Source: Octopus bimaculoides (lineage: Eukaryota). From it: 64,000 nucleotides of DNA. The position numbers and the translations under genes are program-made. Position 1 is the stretch's first letter. Each line of letters starts with the position of its first letter. The stretch spans positions 45,292,097-45,356,096 of the forward strand of contig NC_068992.1 in NCBI RefSeq assembly GCF_001194135.2, given 5' to 3'. Below are positions 53,881-64,000 of the stretch, piece by piece. Below the pieces are notes generated by a model that searched no databases, was not told the DNA's origin, and was given only the letters and a program-made list of their open reading frames with translations.

Positions 53881-54999
53881 AGTTTCACCTCTGAATGTTC
53901 AAACGATCCAAAATTTTGCTTATTGTTTTGTTAACCGCGTACCTAATGAAGTCGTTTGTAAAAAGATTTTAATATTTTTGTAAATGAATTAATTATAAAA
54001 TCAAATAATTTATAAATAATTTTACTCAGTATCATTATTATGTATTGAAACATCGCTTTGTAAGTGTTGAAAAGAAATACTTTCGGTGCGATGGAGACTG
54101 TATTTAACATGTAACGCTTACTAACATAAGGCAACCCGGTAAACGATAGGGAATGTTGTATCCCACGCGCATCAGTGGGATCACTTCATATATTAGGAAT
54201 AACTACTATATATTCTTAGATCATACACTACTGTATACAGTAAACAGACGTCGTCATAAAATAGTGTTTCCTGGTCAGCAGGCTTAAGTTTATATATTTG
54301 CAGAATCAGTAAGGATCAGAAGCAGAAGAACAATAAAATCAACCAACTTATCGCGAGGAATTTCTTCTAAATTTCCACCGTTCTGTTGTTGCTTAAAATA
54401 TATTAACAAAAGATTAAAGAATCAGCTGAAAATAAGAATCTCTACCATTATCGACGGTTCCTGTTATGTCTGTAATTATCGAAGAGAACTGGCACTAAAA
54501 GAAGTTCTTAGAATCATAAAACGAACAGAAAACTAAATACAATTAAAAGGCTAAATGTAGTTTATAATCCTGTATTAGCATCCATAAATCTAGAGTAATT
54601 CCTTTAATCCTTCTCCAAAGAACTCATAGCTTCCAAGACTTTTTCAAAGGTTTTCACGATTTGTTTTATGAATAAATTATTTATTTTTTTCTCTTGTGCA
54701 CATTTTTGTTTATATATATATGTATACATACATCGACATATATATANNNNNNNNNNNNNNNNNNNNNNNNNNNNNNNNNNNNNNNNNNNNNNNNNNNNNN
54801 NNNNNNNNNNNNNNNNNNNNNNNNNNNNNNNNNNNNNNNNNNNNNNNNNNNNNNNNNNNNNNNNNNNNNNNNNNNNNNNNNNNNNNNNNNNNNNNNNNNN
54901 NNNNNNNNNNNNNNNNNNNNNNNNNNNNNNNNNNNNNNNNNNNNNNNNNNNNNNNNNNNNNNNNNNNNNNNNNNNNNNNNNNNNNNNNNNNNNNNNNNN

Positions 55000-55060
<61 letters not shown>

Positions 55061-55231
55061 GAGAGAGAATGGATAGGAAGAGAGAGATATTGTATACATA
55101 TACACAGTATATACATTTATGTTAATATAAAGATATTTTTGAAAATGCATGCACACACGCACTCAGTTTATTGAATCTGAATGTTTACTTCGCCACTCTA
55201 GTTTCACGGCATTACGAACTTACCTATAACT

Positions 55232-55267
<36 letters not shown>

Positions 55268-55641
55268 GCACACACAGACACACAGACACACGCGCGCGGG
55301 CACACACACACACACTTGTATTTGTTTTATGCAAATATGTGTTTTTGTGTATATGTAAACACATGTAATGAACAGTCTACCTGTCTCTCCCAGTCTACTT
55401 ATCCTCATAAAACAATACAATCCAAAGAAACTAGTGACGGTCTGTGTTGGTAAATAGTAATTACGAACATTCACAAAGGGAAATAAGTTACTTTACTGTG
55501 AGGAGAAAATCTAATGTTTCAGTACAGCACTGCATATTTACGAAAATGTCTGCCAGAAAGATATCTTACAGAGAAAAGTTATGGCTCTATCTCTGCGTAT
55601 AACTTTCTATGTATTCTGCATTTGATCGGTTAATAAAATCG

Positions 55642-55750
<109 letters not shown>

Positions 55751-56404
55751 GCCCTAATGCAGTACCAAGCAGTGTCTCTCATGACTTTTCATCTTAACTG
55801 ATTGGAAGTGTTATCATGTACATAGTTTTGTCTTGGTATAAAAGATGGGCTAAAGCAAATATTCAGCTCCATACCACAGATTTACTTGTCAGTTGTTTGA
55901 CCGTAACCAGTCGAGCATGGCCCTTTGTGGCTGACAATATGTGCATCTCTGATCACGAGAAGAAATAGTGGGGGAGCATCATAGACATAATTTGAGAAGA
56001 ATTCTTTGGGGTTTGAATAATTCACCTCTGAATTATTTCAAAGGACGGTTCCCTGAAGAGAAAAATACATTTATAAAAACATCTTTTATTCCTTTGGAAT
56101 AGAGGGAATGTAATTTTCGAAACATGTGTCGGAAGTAAAGGAACTTATTTATTATATGTCCCATACTTAAAATTAGTTTTCGAATATAATGCATGTATTT
56201 CTTAGGAAAGTCCACAATTGCGACCAGCCGCGAAGCAGAACTACATTACAGTGTAAAGTGAACATTTAGTGAAGATCTTCGAAAACACCAGTACTTTTAT
56301 TTTGAAGGATTTTCCAATCAACGAGTAGAATTTCTAATAGTGAGTATTTATAAAACGTTTGTAAAGTTGTTCAAGCTGTCAATGACAGACTTGTTATGGT
56401 ACCT

Positions 56405-56855
56405 TTCTATAATGCTTGTCTGCTGGTTGATTTTGGAGTTGACATCAAAGAAATTTTTTTAGTTAATTTTTCCTTTTCTGGGTTATCTATTTCAGGTTGG
56501 ATAAAGAAAATGTCTTCCAGTGTGAGGTATGATTGTCGAGGTGCTAAACATTTTGTTATGCTTTTTATATTCTTGTCATTTCCAGTGCTTCTCAGTTGAT
56601 TTCGTTCCTTACACAAGGGTCTGGTTTTTTCTGTTTTAACTTTTATTTTCGAGAAGAATTAATGATTGGTGCATTTAAGGTATGGAAATTTTGTCTTTGA
56701 ATATGAAGACTGCTTCCGATTTTCAAAATCTCTTTTTGAAGATGTTTCAATCTTACTTTTCGTATCATATTAAATAAGTCTGTTTCGATCTGTTTTCGCT
56801 TCTTGATTATTCATGGACAGCTTTGTTTTCAGAAGTCAAGTATTTTCCATGTGGG
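56405..56855 (-). mobile_element. Penelope-like retroelement fragment (N-terminal RT region)
   Basis: Minus strand reads ETDLFNMIRKV, VFIFKDK and CLAPRQSYLTLED..DNPEK, resembling Penelope-like motifs ADKT.N.Y and TLKDHK..RLINP.K. Frameshifted. Confidence 0.65.
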
Positions 56856-56984
56856 CGCGTTTCGGAATATAAATATTTATTCTGAATTTTATTTAATGTA
56901 TAATTTATTTCCCTGTATACTTCACTTCATGCAAGACTTCATTTCATTATCCATGCCCGCACTTTTTGAAGGCAGATATATGCG

Positions 56985-57064
<80 letters not shown>

Positions 57065-57065
<1 letters not shown>

Positions 57066-57838
57066 CAAGCACACCGTAAAATCAATCTATTCATGATCTT
57101 GTCAAAGGGAACGATATTCATAATGTGTCGCAGTTGTCTTATCATATCTGTGTAACTTGTCTGCATGAGCTTTATAAACTGTTCTAGTTTCATAGACTGT
57201 CCCGGTTTCATAGATCGTGGAAGAAAGCACGATAGCCTGGGTATACCAGGCTATGGTGTCTGATGCATATAGAAACATGCCTATTGTTCCACAATCTCTC
57301 CTGCAGCCTTCAAATAAAGCACAAGTCTGCTCATCATGGATGCGGTTTCTTGGTTCTTTTTCACGTTAATCTCTAAGCCAAACTGTTGTGTAGCTCTACT
57401 AGCACTGAGGGCAGCCAAATCACTCTCATCAGTGAACAGCATCTCTCGTAATGGGGCCTTTGTTTCATACTGTGAAGCGTTGAGCGGATCAGCATCATGC
57501 CGGGTCTGGATGATAATCATCCTTCAATCTTCTCCGAAGGCATCTTCCAACACTGCTGCAAGATAGAGGGAGAACAGAGCTCGAGCAAGTATTCAGCCAT
57601 GTTTGACTCTATTCGTCCCTGCTACTTCGCTTCAGGTATTGCTCTCTTGTACTACAAATGCCTGCGTTCCTTTGTGCATGAACCTGACCTAGTGGATAAA
57701 CCTTCGAGGACATCTAGTGAGCGGAACATACATATGTTAGAAGTGTTAATAGACTTCACAAAGGCTTTTCACACAGAATACTGCGATGGACTTTGGGTGG
57801 TCCTTAAGAAACACGGATGTCCTCGAAAGTTCATTAAC
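57065..57838 (-). mobile_element. RTE-clade LINE fragment with an inverted upstream RT segment
   Basis: Minus strand 57065-57520 reads TKAPLREMLFTDE..FGLEINVKK and RLWNNRHVS..QAIVLSS..QLRHIMNI..DKI. Plus strand 57746-57838 reads LIDFTKAFHTEYCDGLWVVLKKHGCPRKFIN. Confidence 0.8.
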
Positions 57839-58554
57839 CACCCCCTGTGTATTTGTGTATATATATATAAATATATATATACACACACACATATAAATAT
57901 ATACATACATGCATATATATATACATGCATTATATATNNNNNNNNNNNNNNNNNNNNNNNNNNNNNNNNNNNNNNNNNNNNNNNNNNNNNNNNNNNNNNN
58001 NNNNNNNNNNNNNNNNNNNNNNNNNNNNNNNNNNNNNNNNNNNNNNNNNNNNNNNNNNNNNNNNNNNNNNNNNNNNNNNNNNNNNNNNNNNNNNNNNNNN
58101 NNNNNNNNNNNNNNNNNNNNNNNNNNNNNNNNNNNNNNNNNNNNNNNNNNNNNNNNNNNNNNNNNNNNNNNNNNNNNNNNNNNNNNNNNNNNNNNNNNNN
58201 NNNNNNNNNNNNNNNNNNNNNNNNNNNNNNNNNNNNNNNNNNNNNNNNNNNNNNNNNNNNNNNNNNNNNNNNNNNNNNNNNNNNNNNNNNNNNNNNNNNN
58301 NNNNNNNNNNNNNNNNNNNNNNNNNNNNNNNNNNNNNNNNNNNNNNNNNNNNNNNNNNNNNNNNNNNNNNNNNNNNNNNNNNNNNNNNNNNNNNNNNNNN
58401 NNNNNNNNNNNNNNNNNNNNNNNNNNNNNNNNNNNNNNNNNNNNNNNNNNNNNNNNNNNNNNNNNNNNNNNNNNNNNNNNNNNNNNNNNNNNNNNNNNNN
58501 NNNNNNNNNNNNNNNNNNNNNNNNNNNNNNNNNNNNNNNNNNNNNNNNNNNNNN

Positions 58555-58743
58555 CCCCCCCCCCAATCGCTTGACAACCGATGTTGCTGTCATTACGTCC
58601 TCGTAACTTAGCGGTTCGGCAAAGAGCCGAGAGAATAAGTACTGGGCTTACAAAGAATAAGTCCTGGGATCGATTTGTTCGGCTAAAGGTGGTGCTCCAT
58701 CATGGCCGCCGTCTGAAACACATAAAAGAATAAAAGAATAAAA
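58555..58743 (+). mobile_element. SINE family 1, 3' half with (TAAAAGAA)n tail
   Basis: atcgcttgacaaccgatgttg..gtaacttagcggttcggcaaaagag..gaataagtactgggcttacaaagaataagtcctggg..ggtgctccatcatggccg, then taaaagaa repeats. Confidence 0.9.
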
Positions 58744-59068
58744 ATGTCTCCAAAACACCACTCCATACCAACCGACACTAAAACCTAATTACCACACTAC
58801 AAAAAACTCACATACTTTAGGAAGGTTTTTAACTCAACAGAGACTACATGAAGCTAAGATTAACTTCAATGTATCGCACTCCTACTATATCTTAACTGCC
58901 GAAACTTCGAAGTCGCTGTAAATAATATTTATGTTTAAGAAAATAAATTTATTCTGTACAAAAGTATAGAGTAACCAAACAAATTAATGTAAAATTGTTT
59001 TTTTTTATAACTAAACATAAAAGCAATTATCAACATATGAATGTGTGTGTGTATACATTTATATATAC

Positions 59069-59100
<32 letters not shown>

Positions 59101-59155
59101 GCATATATACACACACCCATATATATGCATACACACACAAACATATATACATACA

Positions 59156-59192
<37 letters not shown>

Positions 59193-59973
59193 TTATATAA
59201 TAGTATGTATGTTTATCACAGCTGTCATGGGACTCAGAGCCTTCTCTGTCGAGAATTGTCGAAAGTTCAGTACACTTCATTTATTGCTTGACAATCATTA
59301 TTTATTGGTGAAGTGTGACCGAAAAAAATGGATTTAGTCATTGACACCACTAGCATAGAAATTGTATGAAATTAAATAAACACACCGAACACTCACAGTC
59401 TCTGTCATCTCATTTTCTCTCTCTCTCCGTCTCCGTGCCTGTCTCTCGGTTTCTCTCCGTTACAGTACCATTTATCAGTCTCAACAAAAGAAGTCAACAG
59501 GGTAAATCATTGGCAACAAAAGAAGACGAGGACGAAGAAAAGAAGAAAAAGAAGACGAAGAAGTCGAAGAAGAAAAGAGTTAGCGCTTCATTATTATATT
59601 CATTTCTCAGAGGAAAAAAAAACTATTTTAATGAATTATTTATCATAGCACACGATTGTAAAATGGCCGACAAATCATAGTAGCCATATTATTTTTGTTT
59701 TGTTATCTTTGTTGTTGTTCTTTTTGTTATCTTTTGTTGATTTTGTCGTTGTAGTGGTGGTGGTTTTTAATGTTAGTTTTCGTCATATTTATTTATCTTT
59801 TTTGTTTTCTTCATTTCTTTTGATGGAGAACACTGATTTAGCATAACGCACTATGAATTCTTTCAGTAAGTCTCTGAAATCTTCTCTTGTAATAAAAAAT
59901 TAAATCATATGACTTACTTGAAGAAAAATAGGCGGGGAGGAAGAGAAGGAAAAGAGAAATATGAACACAGCCA

Positions 59974-60016
<43 letters not shown>

Positions 60017-60486
60017 ACAAATATGTATGTTTATATATAAATATATAAATGTGTGTAAGAGAGAAAGTGTGTGTGAGAGTGAGTGCGTGTGTGTGATTGT
60101 GTGTCCGAGTGTGTGTGTGTGTCGCGAATGTGCGCGAGTGTGTGTGTGTGTGTGCGTGTGCGTGTGCGAGTGAATGCGTATGTGATAAAAAAGAAACGAA
60201 AAAAATTGACATTATTAGGTCACTGTTAGGTATCATGTGTTGTAGTGAATAGGCAATAGCAAGACCAAGTGCTGAACTCTGGGGTAATACTGGATAAGAG
60301 CTTGGTAAATAGCAGTGATACATGCAAAAGATATGGAATTTGGCACAGAATATGAGAGAGAGGGTGACAGAGAAAGCGAAAGAAGGAGTGTGTATGTAAG
60401 AGAGAGAAAGAGGGTGAGAGAGTGAGAGAGAGAGAGAAAGAGAGAGTAGGTGGGGGACGACAGAGTTTGAAAATATATATGAGTAG

Positions 60487-60590
60487 AATGGCGACCCGTC
60501 ATGTTCTGAATTTATGTCTCAGTAGAGGTCAACACTGTCTTCTACTCTTGTGGGGTCGTTAAAATATAGTATCAGTGCGATGCTGAAGTC
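60487..60590 (+). mobile_element. SINE family 2, degenerate central fragment
   Basis: gttctgaatt..gaggtcaac..tggggtcgttaaaata..gtatcagt is similar to the 50420-50510 block. Confidence 0.5.
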
Positions 60591-61094
60591 GATATACTTC
60601 TGTAAAGATATATAGATATGAACAGAATTCTAATTGAAGGCGGCAATAGGAAGAAATAAGTAAAAAAGTTAGTTGACAAAGTATACGTACAAGCTATAGG
60701 GAATCAGAAAAAAAGAAGGATGGAGTGAGAAGGGGGAAGGGCATGAAAGAGAAATAGTAAAAGAAAATGGTTGTTGGGAGTGATCAAAATTTGAATGAGA
60801 TCGAAGTAAAAGGGAAAGAAGTGAATTAAATAGCGGTGAGAAAAGGCAACGGCCACAAAGCACCAGTCAAGAATACGCACACACTCATACATAGAAATAT
60901 TTTATAGATCTACGTGGATATGAATATGTGTATAAGTGTTTTAATTATATAATTTATGTATGTGTGTATATATATTTATAATGTATATGCGTGTATGTAT
61001 ACGCATTATATTTATATTAATATTTTCTATATTATTTTAAGGGAATTAACTATATAGACGGCTTATTTACTAATGGAGTGACTGAGAGCGTAAG

Positions 61095-61385
61095 AGTGGT
61101 TGTGTGGTAAGTAGCTTGCTTACCAATTACATGGTTCGGGGTTCAGTCCCACTGCGTGGCATCTTAGGCAAGTGTCTTCTACTATAGCCTCGGACAGACC
61201 AAAGTTTTGTGAGTGGATTTGGTAGACGGAAACTGAAAGAAGCCCGTCGTATATATATATATATGTATATGTGTATATGTTTATGTGTCTGTGTTTGTCC
61301 GCCCACCATCGCTTGACAACCGATGTTGGTGTGTTTACGTCCTAGTAACCAAGCGGTTCGGCAAAAAGACCGATAGAATAAGTAC
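61095..61385 (+). mobile_element. SINE family 1, near full length with internal (TA)n/(TG)n
   Basis: Head gtggttgtgtggtaagtagcttgc..ggttcagtcccactgcgtggcatcttaggcaagtgtcttctactatagcc, an internal microsatellite at ~61230-61290, then catcgcttgacaaccgatg..gatagaataagtact. Confidence 0.9.
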
Positions 61386-61728
61386 TGTTTTCCAAAATGG
61401 AGGCGAACACATTTCTCCATGTGATCAGCTTGAAAAATTGTTAAGACACTAGGGCATTCTTCTACTTTTCTTAACATGAAACCAATGCTAACCTTAATTC
61501 ACAAATAAAGAAATTATATCCCCTAATGCGGTGTTAAACACTCATTTTCATCCTTCCACATCTATGTGTATATACATACATACATACATACATACATGAT
61601 GGCTGCCCCTCGTTATCGAGTATGGCCATTGCACGAAGCTTAACTTAACGGTGCTGTGATCGAATGTGACTTTTTAGCCCATACATACATGCATACATAC
61701 ATACATACGTGCATGCATACATACATAC

Positions 61729-61776
<48 letters not shown>

Positions 61777-62196
61777 TCAACTGTACATGTAGATAATCAA
61801 AGAAAACAGTAGAAAAGGAAAGAACAGAAAGAAACGAAATTGAGTTGGTGAATCAAGAGGAAAATAACATTAGAAGTCGAGAGAGAGAGGGGGTAAAATA
61901 CATGGGCGGATGAAAGGGGACTGCAAGGTAAACAGACGCTATATATTTAAATAGAGCGTGAGTGGGTGTGACACAAAGTGACGGAGAAAGAGGTTATACA
62001 TGCACAGAGAAAGACGACAGTGGCAAGGTTGGGGCATGGGAGGTGAGAAAGAATAGAGAAAATAAGAAAAAAAAAAGAATCATATTCAGATCATTGAAGT
62101 GAAGAACAGAGAGACAGTGAATCAAAGTATGAATTTTAAGATGATTATTAGAAGATGCTGTGTAAGCAATTTAAAACACATAAGTATAGAGGATAG

Positions 62197-62336
62197 AGGA
62201 AGAAGAGGAAGAAGACGAAGACGAAGAAGAAGAAGAAGAAGAAGAAGAAGAAGAAGAAGAAGAAGAAGAAGAAGAAGAAGAAGAAGAAGAAGAAGAAGAA
62301 GAAGAAGAAGAAAAACAACAACAACAACAACAACAA
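62197..62336. repeat. (GAA)n followed by (CAA)n microsatellite
   Basis: Visible directly; source of the poly-Arg/poly-Phe ORFs. Confidence 0.95.
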
Positions 62337-62834
62337 GGAGAAGTAGCAGGACTAGGAGTAGGAGTAGGTACAGAGGATGGAGAAGAAGTGAGAGAATTAT
62401 CGATTTTGGTAACTATGATATTAGTTTATGTAGACAAAATATTATATATAGTCAATATTGATCACTGCAAACAACGGAAAAAGTTGCGCCTGACAGTATC
62501 AACAGTCAGCACACTCACACACAAAGATATACACACACACACTTCCATATAGACTTACAGATAGGCAAACAGACACACACATACACACACATACACACAT
62601 ATATGTTTATAAATGTATATAAATGTTCATACGATGATACATAAGTTTAAATATGACATACTAGTTCGGTTACCTGAAAAAGAAAAACTACTCAGTACAT
62701 TCTTGGAGTGTCAAGAGTATCAAATGTATTATGACTGTTGGAAAGTTGAATATTTCCCATTGACTGGTAGTCAGTGGCGGACAGAGAGGAAAGGAGAAAG
62801 AGATTTTAGGATTAAGTCTTGCCAATTCGTAATA

Positions 62835-62950
62835 CTAGTTTCAAATTTTGGCACAAGACCGGAAATTTGGCGGGGATGGGATAAGTCATTTACATCGACC
62901 CTTGTTCCCGACTAGTACTTATTTCATCGACCCCGAAAGGGTGAAGGCGT
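62835..62950 (-). mobile_element. SINE family 2, 3' fragment
   Basis: tttcaaattttggcacaagacc..tttacatcgaccc..tacttatttcatcgaccccgaaagg is the reverse complement of the family 2 3' half. Confidence 0.8.
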
Positions 62951-63945
62951 TACAAGAAAATGTTTTCAATTACAAATATGTTGATAAGTATACAGTGGGA
63001 AGAAAAGAGAAAGAAAAGAAAGAAAATGCTTCAACGGTATCATCAAAAGTTTAAAAATTAATATACCAAAATTTAGTTTAAACCAACTAAGATGTATACT
63101 ATAGGAGGAATGACGGATCGATTTTAAAAGAATTCATAGGCTGATAATCGAGCATGGTACTAGATTGAAATATATAGCAATTCGACCTCGTTTATTGAAT
63201 AAAAGGGGATCAGCAAGATGGTTATAGACCTGTTTAAAATTTTAAAATGTAAACTAGGCATTTATTTCTCTTCTATTCATGTTAAGTAGTTTCTAATTAC
63301 TGTAGCACAGACTCCTGTATCCCTGGATAAACCATTGTAGTTTATTTTCTAATTAAAAATAAACATTTTGAAAGCCTAGAAATATAAACCACAATGTGGA
63401 TACAGTAACTAAATCGATGCCCCTTCATAAAGTTAGAGCTATCTACGACAAATGTATGAAAAAATGTTTCATATATCTTACGTATATCTATCGACAACAA
63501 ATGTTTATTTAAGGAATTTTTCTAGGCTCAATAAACGATCTACCTACCATTAAAATATATTTTTATGGTATTTAATTGCAGATATATAGAAATATTGACC
63601 AATCCCCTTCTTCAATTAAATAGCTTTCGCTCATAAATGCTAAATAGGTAGTTAAGTCACTAGGATGTACGATTCGTGAAAGATGCCTCAATATTGGTAA
63701 AACATAGTGACAGCTTAGTGTAGACAATAAGTCAGATAAACCAGATTATGCCGTAGAAATGCAACTTGAAGTTTTAGTGAACTGGGAGTGCACTTAAGGA
63801 CTTGTTTTGAATACTCAAATTTTCTTATTCGTATCTACACTTTGAACTTGCTCCAGCATAACGAAACGTCAGTCAATTGGGCGTATTCGGCTAGTGTTAA
63901 GTGTCTCGTTAATGGATAAATCTCGGTTAGTCACACTTAGAATGC

Positions 63946-64000
<55 letters not shown>

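Noticed and set aside
54155-54182. Short hairpin atcccac-N8-gtgggat resembling a Helitron 3' hairpin
   Set aside because: The stem is only 7 bp, with no CTRR terminus downstream and no second copy.
59466-59501. 36-nt exon-like segment (also 15268-15291 and 55395-55450)
   Set aside because: Splice-like signals arise from pyrimidine-rich low-complexity flanks, several frames are open, and there is no homology, so they cannot be distinguished from chance.

Overview
AT-rich eukaryotic genomic DNA with many assembly gaps and a very high density of simple repeats. The tRNA-headed SINE families and the microsatellite load resemble octopus/cephalopod genomes (inference, not verified). No intact or confidently identifiable protein-coding gene is present, and almost all ORFs in the supplied track come from microsatellites or N gaps. 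The non-repetitive sequence is mostly decayed mobile DNA: LINE fragments of several clades (R4/Dong, L1/Tx1, RTE, CR1/L2/Jockey group), a Penelope-like fragment, Tc1/mariner remnants, inverted-repeat MITE-like elements and three SINE families. A few short plus-strand segments have strong splice signals, so the window may lie inside a large multi-intron gene, but no product could be assigned. The most unusual structures are a mariner derivative built from two 5' ends in inverted orientation (46972-47827), an old four-unit tandem array with a ~335 bp period (19159-20420), and an inverted-repeat element carrying telomeric hexamers (2832-3262). I found no convincing evidence of a novel multi-gene system.
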